DNA of 64,000 bases from Pseudomonadota bacterium (GTDB lineage Bacteria; Pseudomonadota; Alphaproteobacteria; Rs-D84): positions 16,652 to 80,651 of the forward strand of contig JAEXCU010000001.1 of the NCBI GenBank assembly GCA_023402015.1, given 5' to 3'. A model generated the notes under the pieces. That model ran no database searches and was not told the DNA's origin. It saw only the letters and a list, made by a program, of their open reading frames with translations. The first letter of the stretch is position 1; each line of letters starts with the position of its first letter. Shown here piece after piece: positions 26,089-36,716 of the stretch. The translations under genes were made by a program, and so were the position numbers.

Positions 26089-28086
26089 ATGACAACCAAT
26101 AAAAAACAAAAATATCTGATTACATCTGCACTGCCATACGTTAACGGCGATTTGCATTTGGGGCATTTAATCGGATGCTGGTTGCCGTCGGACATTTATG
26201 CACGATTTTGCCGCGCGCGCGGACGTGATGTTTTGTATGTTTGCGGGGCCGATGAACATGGTACGCCGGCTGTTGTTGGCGCCGCCAAAGAAGGCATGCC
26301 CATTTTAGATTACAACAATAAATATTATGAAAAACATCTGCGCGCGGTGCGCGATTTCAACCTGTCTTTTGATTTATATGGCCGCACACATACCAAATTA
26401 CAGGAAAAACTGATTCACGAATTATTCAGTCGTCTGGATGCCCAGGGACTGATTGAAGAACGCGAAACAATTCAACCATTTTCCGTTGCGGACAATATGT
26501 TTTTGGCCGACCGTCAATTAATCGGCACATGTCCCAAATGCGGATATGACGCCGCGCGCGGCGACCAATGCGACCGGTGCAGTTCCACGTACGAGGCAAC
26601 AGAACTGATATCCCCGCGCAGCGCCATTTCAGGCAGTGCGGATATTCAGATGCGCGCGACAAAAAATTTGTTCTTTTTGGCGTCTCGCGTACAGGATACA
26701 TGGAAACAATGGTTGGCCAAAACCGCGCCAAAATGGTCGCGTTCGGCCGCCGCGATTGCCCAGGGCTGGGCGTCAGAAGGCCTGCGCGACACATCCATTA
26801 CGCGTGATTTGCCGTGGGGCATTTCGGTAAACAAACCCGGATATGAAAACAAAGTATTTTACGTTTGGTTTGACGCCCCATGGGGATATGTTTCCATTTC
26901 CCAGGCGGCGAACGAAAACTGGGCGGATTGGTGGAAAAATCCGGATACACACTATGCGCAATTTATGGGCAAAGATAACGTAAAATTTCATGCGGTATTT
27001 TTCCCAGAACAGCAATTGGCAATGAACGACGGTTGGAAAACCGTAGACATGTTAAAAGGTATGAATTTCCTGAACTTTGAAGGTGGCAAATTTTCTAAAT
27101 CCCAACATCGTGGTGTATTTCTGGAAGATGCGATTACAATCGCCCCGGCGGATGCATGGCGATATGCATTGACCGCGTCGGCCCCGGAAACAGACGACAC
27201 CGATTTCACATTTGCACGCTTTGCCGATATTGTAAACAAAGACCTGAATGGTATGCTGGGCAACTTTGTGTCGCGCGCAACAAAATTAACCAATAAAAAC
27301 TTTGGCAACCATGTTCCGGCCGCCGGCACACCAGACACTGAACTGGCCGGCCAGATTAATGAAAAACTGGCGGAGTTAACCAATGCGTTGGACGGGTGCG
27401 AATTTCGCGCCGCGATTGTCGCGCTGCGTGGTTTGTACGCAATTGGCAATGAATACATGACCAAAATGGAACCATGGGCATTGGTTAAAAATGGCGATAC
27501 AGCCACGGCCGCCGCGGTGTTAAATGAATGTTTTCAATTAATTGATTTATATGCGCGCGTATCCGCCCCATTTATACCGGATGCGGCCGAAAAAATGCAG
27601 GCGGTATTCAAAACATCGCATGATTTGTCTTGGCCCGAATTTTATGAACATCGCATTGCAGACGGCGAAGAATTTGTCGTTCCAGAAAACCTGTTTAACC
27701 GCATTGATGATGCGCAGGTTGCGGAACTGGCCGAAAAATATGCACCGAAAAATGCAGATGCGCCAAAACCAACGGTTGCAAAAATCATTGCGGCGGCACC
27801 GCATCCAACACGCGAAAACCTGCAAATTTTAACAGTGGACGACGGCACGCATCACGATTTACAAATCGTATGCGGTGCCCCGAACGCGCGGGCAGGAATG
27901 ATTGGCGTCCTGGCGCCGGTCGGATGCACTTTGCCGGGAATGAAAAAACCAATTTCCCAGCGCACAGTTGCCGGCACAGAATCATACGGCATGATGTGCA
28001 GTGCGGCCGAACTGGGTCGCGGGACCGATGGGGATAATATAATTCAACTGGGAACCGATTCTGAAATTGGTACAGAATATAAATAA
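26089..28086 (+). CDS. metG: methionine--tRNA ligase with C-terminal tRNA-binding (Trbp111-like) domain
   Basis: The HIGH region is PYVNGDLHLGH. The zinc knuckle is CPKCGY...CDRC. The KMSKS region is KFSKSQ. The C-terminal domain includes LQIVCGAPNARAG. Confidence 0.95.
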   Translation: MTTNKKQKYLITSALPYVNGDLHLGHLIGCWLPSDIYARFCRARGRDVLYVCGADEHGTPAVVGAAKEGMPILDYNNKYYEKHLRAVRDFNLSFDLYGRTHTKLQEKLIHELFSRLDAQGLIEERETIQPFSVADNMFLADRQLIGTCPKCGYDAARGDQCDRCSSTYEATELISPRSAISGSADIQMRATKNLFFLASRVQDTWKQWLAKTAPKWSRSAAAIAQGWASEGLRDTSITRDLPWGISVNKPGYENKVFYVWFDAPWGYVSISQAANENWADWWKNPDTHYAQFMGKDNVKFHAVFFPEQQLAMNDGWKTVDMLKGMNFLNFEGGKFSKSQHRGVFLEDAITIAPADAWRYALTASAPETDDTDFTFARFADIVNKDLNGMLGNFVSRATKLTNKNFGNHVPAAGTPDTELAGQINEKLAELTNALDGCEFRAAIVALRGLYAIGNEYMTKMEPWALVKNGDTATAAAVLNECFQLIDLYARVSAPFIPDAAEKMQAVFKTSHDLSWPEFYEHRIADGEEFVVPENLFNRIDDAQVAELAEKYAPKNADAPKPTVAKIIAAAPHPTRENLQILTVDDGTHHDLQIVCGAPNARAGMIGVLAPVGCTLPGMKKPISQRTVAGTESYGMMCSAAELGRGTDGDNIIQLGTDSEIGTEYK

Positions 28087-28096
28087 AGGGTAAAAA

Positions 28097-28411
28097 ATGG
28101 GATACAGAAAACAGTACACTTATTCGGCCCGCGAACCGGCCACCACTGCGCCACAAAAAACAATTTCCATTCTGATTGACGACCAGCCGGTTTGGAAACA
28201 AACAATCTTGTGCGACAGATGTAAAAATTATTTCCGTTGCGTCTTTCAACGTCATGCGTGCAAGATTGCCACAGAATGTATTCAACTTAATCATCGCCGC
28301 TGTCAACATCGCGGCAAAGAGATAAATATTAAAACATACCCGGACTACTTGGAACGCGTTCAACAAAATGTTAGTCGCATAATTGCCAAAAACATGGGAA
28401 ACAGCAAATAA
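28097..28411 (+). CDS. hypothetical basic Cys/His-rich protein (104 aa)
   Basis: Packed tightly between the metG stop (28086) and the queH ATG (28414). AAGGG SD 6 nt upstream. No recognizable family. Confidence 0.4.
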   Translation: MGYRKQYTYSAREPATTAPQKTISILIDDQPVWKQTILCDRCKNYFRCVFQRHACKIATECIQLNHRRCQHRGKEINIKTYPDYLERVQQNVSRIIAKNMGNSK

Positions 28412-28413
28412 AT

Positions 28414-28953
28414 ATGTCTGATATACGCCTGGTTTTAATGTCTTGTTGCGCACCGTGCAGTGCCGGCGCCATTAAACAATTGGTGGACGGGCAAATACCG
28501 GGCGTATCTGAATTTATTGTATTATTTTATAACCCAAATATTTTCCCAGATACCGAATACCAAAAACGTTTGAACGAACAAATAAAATACTGCGACGCGC
28601 ATGGTGTGCGACATGTGGAATTGGAATATGACCACGACGCATGGCGCAATGCCGTGCGCGGCATGGAAGATGCCCCCGAACGCGGCCCGCGGTGCAGTGC
28701 GTGTTTTGCATTTCGGTTTTGCCGTGCGGCCCGCTGGGCACGTGAAAATGGATACAATGCGATTGCATCTGTATTTGGTGTATCACGGCACAAAAATCAA
28801 TCCCAGGTTGATGATGCAGGCGACATTGCGTGCGGTGATATAAAATATTTACCCATTAAATGGGATGAAAATTTACGCCAAACGATAAACCGCACATCTG
28901 ATTTTTACCGCCAAAATTATTGCGGTTGCGAATTCAGTATTCGCAAAGTATAA
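28414..28953 (+). CDS. queH: epoxyqueuosine reductase QueH (DUF208)
   Basis: LMSCCAPCS...FYNPNI.P..EY..R......RC..C...R and the C-terminal YRQNYCGCEFS match the QueH Cys pattern. Confidence 0.88.
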   Translation: MSDIRLVLMSCCAPCSAGAIKQLVDGQIPGVSEFIVLFYNPNIFPDTEYQKRLNEQIKYCDAHGVRHVELEYDHDAWRNAVRGMEDAPERGPRCSACFAFRFCRAARWARENGYNAIASVFGVSRHKNQSQVDDAGDIACGDIKYLPIKWDENLRQTINRTSDFYRQNYCGCEFSIRKV

Positions 28954-28982
28954 TTCCGATGAATACAACAAAGGAATGAACG

Positions 28983-29858
28983 ATGTCTTCTATATTTGTT
29001 TTCCCAGGCCAGGGTTCCCAATCGGTCGGCATGGCCCGCGATTTATATGACACAAATCCTGCGGCGCGCGCCGTTTTTGACGAAGTTGACGACGCCCTGG
29101 GTGAAAAATTATCTAATATTATTTTTAATGGACCAATGGAAACACTGACATTAACGGCAAATGTTCAGCCGGCGATTATGGCCGTGTCCATTGCGATGCT
29201 GCGTGCATCGGGCGCGGAACTGACCCCATATGTTGCAGGCCACAGTTTGGGTGAATACACCGCATTGTGCGCGGCGGGCGCACTGTCGTTGGCCGATACG
29301 GCAAAATTATTACGCCTGCGTGGCGATGCGATGCAACGTGCGGTTCCGGTTGGCCAGGGTTTAACCGCGGTGATATTGGGTCTGGATATAGAACGCGTTC
29401 GTGAAATATGCGCGCAAACCGGTTGCGACGTTGCAAACGATAATTCCCCCGGCCAGGTGGTTATTTCCGGCGCCCGTGATGTGGTAGAGGCCACAATGGC
29501 CGCCGCCAAAGATGCGGGTGCAAAACGCGCAATGCCATTGGCATTATCTGTTCCGGTTCATTGTCGGATTCAGGCACCGGCCGCCGAAGAAATGCGTGCG
29601 GCATTGGCCAACACCGAAATCCGTACACCGCGCGCACCGATAATTGCGAACAAAACCGCCGCACCGATGACCGACCCGGACGAAATTAAGGAAGAATTGG
29701 TTTATCAAATGACACATGGCGTGCGCTGGCGTGAAACGATTTTGGCAATGCCGGCACTGGGTATCACAGAAACCATAGAAGTGGGCCCGGGCAGTGTACT
29801 GACCGGATTAACCGCACGTATTTGTCCAGAATTAACCGCAAAGAAATTGGAGATTTAA
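28983..29858 (+). CDS. fabD: ACP S-malonyltransferase
   Basis: FPGQGSQSVGM and the active-site GHSLGEY. Confidence 0.94.
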   Translation: MSSIFVFPGQGSQSVGMARDLYDTNPAARAVFDEVDDALGEKLSNIIFNGPMETLTLTANVQPAIMAVSIAMLRASGAELTPYVAGHSLGEYTALCAAGALSLADTAKLLRLRGDAMQRAVPVGQGLTAVILGLDIERVREICAQTGCDVANDNSPGQVVISGARDVVEATMAAAKDAGAKRAMPLALSVPVHCRIQAPAAEEMRAALANTEIRTPRAPIIANKTAAPMTDPDEIKEELVYQMTHGVRWRETILAMPALGITETIEVGPGSVLTGLTARICPELTAKKLEI

Positions 29859-29860
29859 TT

Positions 29861-30589
29861 ATGTTTGATTTAAATAACAAAGTTGCATTAATAACCGGCG
29901 CAACCGGTGGAATTGGCGGCGCAATTGCGCGTAAAATGAAACAGGCCGGCGCCACAGTTGTTGTATCAGGCCGCAATATTGCAAAACTGAACAGCGAATT
30001 TGGTGATGAATTTATCAAAATTCCATGCGACCTGGCCGCAGATGGTGGCGCGATTGAATTGGTTATGAACACCATTGAACAGGCCGGCAAAATAGATATT
30101 TTGATTAATAATGCCGGAATTACCAAAGACACACTGTTGATGCGTATGACCGACGAACAATTTGACGATGTAATTAACACAAACCTGCGTTCATGCTTTA
30201 AAATGTGCCGCGCGGCGATTATGCCCATGATGAAAAACCGCTTTGGCCGCATTATTAACATGGCATCAATCATCGGCGCAATTGGTGGCCCAGGCCAGGC
30301 GAACTATGCCGCGTCCAAGGGCGGTATGATTGCCATGACAAAATCCATCGCGGCCGAGGTTGCATCCCGCGGCATAACCGCGAACTGCATCGCACCGGGA
30401 TTTATTAAAACCCCAATGACCGATGTTTTAAGCGATGAATTAAAGAAGGCATACCTGGCACAAATTCCGGCTGCACGCTTTGGTGAACCGGACGATATTG
30501 CAAATGCATGCGTGTTCTTGGCATCCGACGAGGCATCATATATCAACGGCCAAACATTGCATGTTAATGGTGGTATGGGCAGATTTTAA
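29861..30589 (+). CDS. fabG: 3-oxoacyl-ACP reductase FabG
   Basis: [17 protein letters not shown], and YAASKGG (the SDR catalytic YxxxK). Start at ATG 29861 with a GGAG SD. Confidence 0.93.
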   Translation: MFDLNNKVALITGATGGIGGAIARKMKQAGATVVVSGRNIAKLNSEFGDEFIKIPCDLAADGGAIELVMNTIEQAGKIDILINNAGITKDTLLMRMTDEQFDDVINTNLRSCFKMCRAAIMPMMKNRFGRIINMASIIGAIGGPGQANYAASKGGMIAMTKSIAAEVASRGITANCIAPGFIKTPMTDVLSDELKKAYLAQIPAARFGEPDDIANACVFLASDEASYINGQTLHVNGGMGRF

Positions 30590-30594
30590 ATAAA

Positions 30595-32241
30595 ATGACG
30601 CAATACGATGTAATCATTATTGGTGGTGGACACGCCGGGGTAGAGGCTGCATCTGCATCCGCCCGGCGCGGGGCGCGAACATTGCTGATGACACAATCCA
30701 TAACGGATTTGGGTGCAATGTCGTGCAACCCCAGTATTGGCGGCCCCGGCAAATCCCAAATGGTTGCAGAAATGGACGCAATGGGCGGCGTTATGCCGGT
30801 GGCGGCCGATGCGGCCGGTATTCATTTCCGCACACTGAATGCATCGCATGGCGCCGCGACCCAGGCACTGCGTGCGCAGATTGACCGGGGTATGTATCAC
30901 AATGCGGTGATAAAAATATTGGGTGAATTGCCCAATTTAACAATCGCCTGTGAAACAGTAAAAAAACTGAATATCGCAACCAAGACAATTAATGACGCAT
31001 ACCAGGCGCGCGCAATTGTTTTAACAACAGGAACGTTTTTACAGGGCGTAATTACCCGTGGCGAAGAACGCATTGCATCGGGGCGTCTGCAAGATGACGG
31101 CACATATCAATGCCCCGACACGCATATATCCGCGGCATTACGCGATGCAGGATTTTCACTGATGCGATTAAAAACCGGCACGCCGGCACGAATATTTCGT
31201 GATTCAATAAACTTTGATGTATGTGAATTACAACCGGGCGACACACCACACGATTGGTTTTCCGCGCCCAACCCACAGAATAATTATGACGCAGTTTGCT
31301 ATATAACACACACAACGCAAACCACGCACGACGTAATTCGCAACAATATAAAAAACGCACCGATGTATAATGGCGCGATTGTCGGAACCGGCCCGCGTTA
31401 TTGCCCCAGCCTGGAAGACAAGGTTATGCGTTTCCCCGAACACACATCGCATCATGTTTTCTTGGAACCCGAAGGATATAACAGTGATTTAATTTATCCC
31501 AACGGCATATCCACCAGTTTTGGCAGTGATATCCAGGACATGTGGATTCACACGATTCCGGGGTTGGAAAACGCGCGTATTGCCCGATATGGATATGCAA
31601 TTGAATATGATGCAATTGATGCGCGCGCATTAAAATCCACTTTGGAATCCAAAGATATTCCGGGGCTGTTTTTCGCCGGGCAAATAAACGGCACATCCGG
31701 ATACGAAGAGGCCGCCGCCCAAGGCATAGTTGCCGGGGCAAATGCGGCCGGTTTTGCATTGGGAAAACCGGAATTAAAAATAAATAGAACAACCGCAATG
31801 ATTGGTGTTATGTGCGACGATATAACAACGTTGGGGGTGGATGAACCATACAGAATGTTTACATCGCGCGCGGAATACAGATTACATCTGCGTGCAGATA
31901 ACGCGATTGCGCGCCTGGGTGATATGGCGGTGCAATTGGGCCTGATAAGTGATGAAATGCGCGCGGAAAAATATAATCGCCGTGCGGCGCAAATCGCAGA
32001 AAATGACAAATTCTATGCAGGTTATATCCAGCGCAATGCCCGCGAAATCGCCGCATACCAACGTGATGCAGAATTAAAGATTCCCGCACACTTTGATTAT
32101 AAAAACATGCCGGGACTGACCAATGAACTGATTGAAAAATTATCTGCAACGCGGCCAGAAAATATTGCGGCATTATCCAGAATCCCCGGTATGACACCGG
32201 CAGGTATTATGGTCGTATTGCGGAAAATCCGCTGTGGCTAG
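30595..32241 (+). CDS. mnmG: tRNA uridine-5-carboxymethylaminomethyl modification enzyme MnmG (GidA), compact form
   Basis: [30 protein letters not shown] and TSRAEYRL. At 548 aa it appears to lack about 60 aa in the C-terminal helical region compared with my recollection of E. coli MnmG. Confidence 0.93.
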   Translation: MTQYDVIIIGGGHAGVEAASASARRGARTLLMTQSITDLGAMSCNPSIGGPGKSQMVAEMDAMGGVMPVAADAAGIHFRTLNASHGAATQALRAQIDRGMYHNAVIKILGELPNLTIACETVKKLNIATKTINDAYQARAIVLTTGTFLQGVITRGEERIASGRLQDDGTYQCPDTHISAALRDAGFSLMRLKTGTPARIFRDSINFDVCELQPGDTPHDWFSAPNPQNNYDAVCYITHTTQTTHDVIRNNIKNAPMYNGAIVGTGPRYCPSLEDKVMRFPEHTSHHVFLEPEGYNSDLIYPNGISTSFGSDIQDMWIHTIPGLENARIARYGYAIEYDAIDARALKSTLESKDIPGLFFAGQINGTSGYEEAAAQGIVAGANAAGFALGKPELKINRTTAMIGVMCDDITTLGVDEPYRMFTSRAEYRLHLRADNAIARLGDMAVQLGLISDEMRAEKYNRRAAQIAENDKFYAGYIQRNAREIAAYQRDAELKIPAHFDYKNMPGLTNELIEKLSATRPENIAALSRIPGMTPAGIMVVLRKIRCG

Positions 32242-32885
32242 CGTAATTTAACGATATCCAGCCCCTGGGGACCCCATTGTGCAATAAAAACATCCGCGAT
32301 ATTTTTTATTCCCTGTTTATGCAGTTGTTGGTTTAACCAAGATTTTGATTTTTTTATTCGTTTTAAACCGTCTTGTACCACTGCGCCATTGTCAATGATG
32401 ACAACGGAATAATTTTCTTCACCTTTTTTAACAACGGTTAATTCACCACTGGGTTCAATTTGCGCCATTTCAACATCACTGATTGAATGAATTTTTTGTT
32501 GGCGCAAAACCGCGGCAATATCCATTGCACTGATTTTCATTTTTTTCATCATATCCATATTGCATTCACCATGCCTGATTATAATCTTGGGCTGGCCCAC
32601 AAATATGTCGCGTCCCAAACGACTGTCATAAATAAAACGGCTGATTAAATACATGGCGCCGCCATATATAACCATGATGCCCAGGAATTGAACAAAATTT
32701 ATGTCTTCATCCAAAATATATCGTGATAAAATGGCACTGAGAATAAAGTTTATAATAACGTCCAGTGGTGTCATTTGCTTTAATTGATTTTTCATACTGA
32801 AAAATTTTAAAAACACCAATGTACCAGCCATTGCAATAACCAATTTTATCGCAAATATATAATAAAAACTGAAAACAGATTGCAT
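32238..32885 (-). CDS. DUF421 (YetF-like) membrane protein
   Basis: 215 aa with N-terminal TM helices, then [34 protein letters not shown], typical of DUF421. AGGAGG SD. The extension through antisense tRNA-Thr is rejected. Confidence 0.75.
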   Translation of the reverse strand: MQSVFSFYYIFAIKLVIAMAGTLVFLKFFSMKNQLKQMTPLDVIINFILSAILSRYILDEDINFVQFLGIMVIYGGAMYLISRFIYDSRLGRDIFVGQPKIIIRHGECNMDMMKKMKISAMDIAAVLRQQKIHSISDVEMAQIEPSGELTVVKKGEENYSVVIIDNGAVVQDGLKRIKKSKSWLNQQLHKQGIKNIADVFIAQWGPQGLDIVKLR

Positions 32886-33011
32886 ATGCATCCTCCTGAT
32901 ATATAAAAATTCTAGCAATGATGCACACATAAAAAACAGGCGATAAAAATCCCACCAGATATGAATAAAACACTGGAAATCGTGATTAACATATATTAAT
33001 ATGGGCGCATC

Positions 33012-33087
33012 GCCGGTGTAGCTCAGCTGGTAGAGCATCTCATTCGTAATGAGGGGGTCGTAGGTTCAAGTCCTATCACCGGCACCA
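33012..33087 (+). tRNA. tRNA-Thr (CGU)
   Basis: GCCGGTG-TA-GCTC..GAGC-A-TCTCA-TTCGTAA-TGAGG-GGGTC-GTAGG-TTCAAGT-CCTAT-CACCGGC-A-CCA. Confidence 0.93.
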
Positions 33088-33095
33088 TGATTAAA

Positions 33096-33126
33096 ATGCA
33101 GAAATATTCTGCATTTTTCTTTTTTA
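33096..33126 (+). terminator. intrinsic terminator after tRNA-Thr
   Basis: ATGCAGAA-ata-TTCTGCAT followed by a T-rich run. Confidence 0.8.
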
Positions 33127-33146
33127 TGGAAAAAGAATATGTTTAT

Positions 33147-33324
33147 TGTATAATAGAATTAACATTTGTTAGTAATCGGGTTTTACCACCCAGTATTCCT
33201 TACAAACCAAATGTCCCGACGTGTCGGGATGTCGTTTGCTATACAACAGGGCATGCCCAAAGGCAACGAAGTTTGGAATACAACTGGTAAACATCCCGAC
33301 CACTTTCATTTGTGGTCTTTTTTT
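33147..33324 (+). ncRNA. candidate structured leader or small RNA (extended -10 promoter through intrinsic terminator)
   Basis: TGTATAAT at 33147-33154. Hairpin TCCCGA-cgtg-TCGGGA. GTCGGGATG (33221-33229) can alternatively pair with CATCCCGAC (33292-33300), which overlaps the terminator GACCAC-n8-GTGGTC plus T7. Confidence 0.35.
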
Positions 33325-33347
33325 ATTTTTACCACAGGGGAATTAAA

Positions 33348-33584
33348 ATGGTGTATTCGCAAAAAAGTCCTGATACACGGTTGTTGTCAACGGAAACGGG
33401 ATATTTGTTTGCGGTTTATCTGAAAATGAAAAAACTTGCCGATGAAATAAACCAAGTGTGTCGCATCTTAGAACAATCCAAACCGTGGTTGGACCCAAAA
33501 TTACACAAAACAACGCGGGTACCGAACGCACAAGGGACTTGCATTTCTAAAAAAAGCAGTGTAAAATCTACATCAAATGTATAA
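33348..33584 (+). CDS. hypothetical protein (78 aa)
   Basis: ATG preceded by GGGGAA. Bracketed by an upstream leader/terminator and a downstream terminator. No recognizable family. Confidence 0.3.
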   Translation: MVYSQKSPDTRLLSTETGYLFAVYLKMKKLADEINQVCRILEQSKPWLDPKLHKTTRVPNAQGTCISKKSSVKSTSNV

Positions 33585-33636
33585 CACAAACATAATTATT
33601 ATAAAATAAACGGCAACGCGCTTTGGCACGTGGCTG

Positions 33637-33660
33637 GGGCGCACATGGCGCCCATTTTTT
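33637..33660 (+). terminator. intrinsic terminator upstream of ileS
   Basis: GGGCGC-acatg-GCGCCC, then A plus T6. Confidence 0.7.
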
Positions 33661-33688
33661 ATAATATATAACCGTATGGAGTTTTTTT

Positions 33689-36600
33689 ATGGCATACCCC
33701 AAAACCGATACCAAGGCAGATTTTCCAAAACTGGAACAGGAAATACTGGCATTTTGGCGTGCAGATGACACATTTCATAAAAGTCTGAATAAAACCAAAT
33801 TGGGACATCCGTTTTCTTTTTATGACGGGCCACCGTTTGGAAATGGTTTGCCGCATTGGGGACATTTGGGCGTTTCTGCTGTTAAAGATATGGTATGTCG
33901 GTACCAAACCATGCGCGGCAAACATGTACGCCGTGAATTGGGCTGGGATTGCCATGGGTTGCCGGCGGAAAATTCCGTAGAAAAGAAACAGGGCAAATCG
34001 GCCAAAGATATTGTTGCCACGGACGGCATTGCCGCATTTTGTGATATGTGTCGCGCAGACGTTATGACATATACGACCGAGTGGGAAAAATTCATTGCGC
34101 GCATGGGTCGCTGGGTTGATGTTGGCGAAGGATACGGATACAAAACCATGGATAAAAATTATATGGAATCCATGTTGTGGACGTTAAAATCATTGTATGA
34201 ACGTGGTTTACTGTACAAAGATTACAGTGTGAACCCATACGATTGGGTGAACGGTACCGTTATTTCTAATAGCGAGGCATCCCAGGATTACCGCGACGTC
34301 GTGGATGACGCGATAACAGTGTGGTTTAAATTGGAAAACGGCGACCGCGCACTGGCATGGACAACAACGCCGTGGACATTGCCTGCAAATTCTGCACTGG
34401 CGGTAAATCCAAATATGAAATATTTGCGCATGCGCGATGCCGACGGCGCGGTTTATATTATTGCCGAAACACGCCTGTCCGCATATGAAAAACAATTTGC
34501 AAATGCAACCAAAATCGGTGAAATAATGGGAACAGATTTGGCCGGAATGCATTACAGCCCACTGTTTGATTACTATACAGATGATACAGGTTTACTGTAC
34601 CAGATAATCAGCGCTGATTACGTTTCTGATTCCGATGGTACGGGCATTGTTCATATTGCACCCGCATATGGGGCTGACGATTTTTGGGCGGCCAAGGCAA
34701 TTGACCCACGTTTTCCGGTTTTGCTGAATGTGGACAATTATGGAAATTTTGACGCAACTGTTCGTGATTGGGCCGGCGAAAATATCTTTGTCGCAAATCC
34801 AAAAATTATTGGGCACCTGCGCGACAATGGCCATTTGGTAAAAAAAGAACAGTACAAACATTCTTATCCATATGGCGACCGCAGCAAAGAAAAATTAATC
34901 TATCGCGCGACAGATTCTTGGTACATAGACGTTCCAAAAATCCGCGAAAAATTGATTGCAAATAATGCCCAGGTTAATTGGACGTCCGCCGGTGAACGTT
35001 TCCGCACATGGATTGAAAACGCACGTCCATGGTCAATTTCGCGTAATCGTTTTTGGGGGACACCACTGCCCATTTGGCAACGCAACGGCGAATACAAGAT
35101 TTTCGGTTCAATCGCCGAACTGGAAGAATTCTTTGGCACGAAAATTAACGACCTGCATCGGCCGACATTGGATGCATTAACCAAAGACGGATGGGAACGC
35201 ATCCCCGACGTATTGGATTGCTGGGTTGAATCGGGTTCTATGCCATGGGCATCATTGCATTACCCATTTGAAAACGCAGATAAATTTGCGGAAACTTTCC
35301 CGGCCGATTATATCATAGAAGGCCAGGATCAAACCCGCGGTTGGTTCTATGCATTAATGGTACTGGCGACCGCTTTGTTTGACCGCCCGGCATTTAAAAC
35401 CGTTTCTGCAAACGGAATGGTTGTGGACGAAAATAAAAAGAAGTTTTCCAAATCACTGAAAAACTTTGTAAACCCCGGCGACCAGATTGAACAATTTGGC
35501 GCGGACGCAATTCGTCTGTTTATATTGGGGTCTAATTTTATGAAAGCCGAACCCGTCCCGGTGGACAAAGAAGGCAAAGTTTTTGCAGAATCAACCAAAA
35601 CAATCCTGACCCCTTTGTGGAACGCGTATCACTTCTTTACATTGTACGCGAATGCAGGAAATATTACCGCGGACGAAATTCGCAATACAGATAACGCGTT
35701 GGATAAATATATCTTGGCGGAATTGAACGAATTGATTGCGGTTGTGGGAAATGCGCTGGATGAATATAAACCAGATTCGGCGATAAAAGAATTTATCAGA
35801 TTCTTGGACATCCTGAACAACTGGTACATCCGTCGCGGACGCGCACGTTTCTGGGACGAAGATACAGATGCATTTAATACATTGCATTATGTTCTGACAA
35901 ATCTTTGCCGGGCATTGGCGCCGTTTGCACCGTTTATCAGCGATTATATTTACAAAAACCTGACGGGGGGCGAATCTGTGCATCTGACGAATTTTCCGGT
36001 CGCACAAAAATGCGACGAAAAAATTGTTTCAGATATGCGTCGTGTCCAGGCGGTCGTATCCGCAGGTAAACAATTGCGAGAACAACATAAACTGCGCAAC
36101 AGATTGCCATTAAACAAATTGACAATCGCAGGTCCCGCCATGAATGAATATGCTGATATAATCAAAGACGAACTGAATGTAAAATCAGTGGAATTTATCA
36201 ATGATATTTCATCGGTTGCGGACAGTTTTGTTTATCTGATTACGCCAAAAATCGGCGCACGTCTGGGGGGCGCATTGCGTGATATTATCCCGGCGGTTAA
36301 ACAGGGTAAATATGAAATCACCGACGGCAAACTGACCGCCGCGGGCCATACCCTGAATGATGACGAGTTTGAAACACGTCTGACCGTACGCGATGGCGTA
36401 ATTGGTGCCGCGTTGCCTGATAATACAGCGGTAATTGTATTGGATACGGAATTGAATTCGGAATTGGTTAACGAAGGTTTGGCCAACGACGCCCTGCGAT
36501 TTATCCAGGATACGCGTAAAACAGAAAACCTGGATGTGTCTGATCGCATAACGTTGACATATTCGGCCGACCCGGCATTGGCAAATGCAATACAGCAGCA

Positions 36601-36715
36601 TCGCGATACAATCATGCGCGAAGCACTGATTACCAAAATGGATGCAGGCGACGGCAAATCCAGCACAGAGATAGAAGGATATAATCTGGCAATTTCAATC
36701 GCACGGGAGAAATAA
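33689..36715 (+). CDS. ileS: isoleucine--tRNA ligase (type 2, eukaryote-like)
   Basis: FSFYDGPPFGNGLPHWGHL (type 2 HIGH region), KFSKS (KMSKS), an editing domain, and a length of 1008 aa. Confidence 0.95.
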   Translation: MAYPKTDTKADFPKLEQEILAFWRADDTFHKSLNKTKLGHPFSFYDGPPFGNGLPHWGHLGVSAVKDMVCRYQTMRGKHVRRELGWDCHGLPAENSVEKKQGKSAKDIVATDGIAAFCDMCRADVMTYTTEWEKFIARMGRWVDVGEGYGYKTMDKNYMESMLWTLKSLYERGLLYKDYSVNPYDWVNGTVISNSEASQDYRDVVDDAITVWFKLENGDRALAWTTTPWTLPANSALAVNPNMKYLRMRDADGAVYIIAETRLSAYEKQFANATKIGEIMGTDLAGMHYSPLFDYYTDDTGLLYQIISADYVSDSDGTGIVHIAPAYGADDFWAAKAIDPRFPVLLNVDNYGNFDATVRDWAGENIFVANPKIIGHLRDNGHLVKKEQYKHSYPYGDRSKEKLIYRATDSWYIDVPKIREKLIANNAQVNWTSAGERFRTWIENARPWSISRNRFWGTPLPIWQRNGEYKIFGSIAELEEFFGTKINDLHRPTLDALTKDGWERIPDVLDCWVESGSMPWASLHYPFENADKFAETFPADYIIEGQDQTRGWFYALMVLATALFDRPAFKTVSANGMVVDENKKKFSKSLKNFVNPGDQIEQFGADAIRLFILGSNFMKAEPVPVDKEGKVFAESTKTILTPLWNAYHFFTLYANAGNITADEIRNTDNALDKYILAELNELIAVVGNALDEYKPDSAIKEFIRFLDILNNWYIRRGRARFWDEDTDAFNTLHYVLTNLCRALAPFAPFISDYIYKNLTGGESVHLTNFPVAQKCDEKIVSDMRRVQAVVSAGKQLREQHKLRNRLPLNKLTIAGPAMNEYADIIKDELNVKSVEFINDISSVADSFVYLITPKIGARLGGALRDIIPAVKQGKYEITDGKLTAAGHTLNDDEFETRLTVRDGVIGAALPDNTAVIVLDTELNSELVNEGLANDALRFIQDTRKTENLDVSDRITLTYSADPALANAIQQHRDTIMREALITKMDAGDGKSSTEIEGYNLAISIAREK

Positions 36716-36716
36716 A

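Noticed and set aside
27785-28453. 222-aa minus-strand ORF overlapping the metG 3' end and the queH 5' end
   Set aside because: It overlaps two confident genes on the other strand and has no motif. The plus-strand 104-aa ORF fits the operon spacing better, though it remains low confidence itself.
32238-32241. mnmG and the DUF421 gene share the palindrome CTAG as overlapping convergent stop codons
   Set aside because: The overlap is real but trivial. It is a 3-nt overlap of TAG stops with no hairpin or other signal, and is probably just tight packing.
32886-33038. N-terminal extension of the DUF421 ORF beginning MLYQLSYTGD
   Set aside because: This is the antisense translation of tRNA-Thr (33012-33087). 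The true start at 32885 has an AGGAGG SD.
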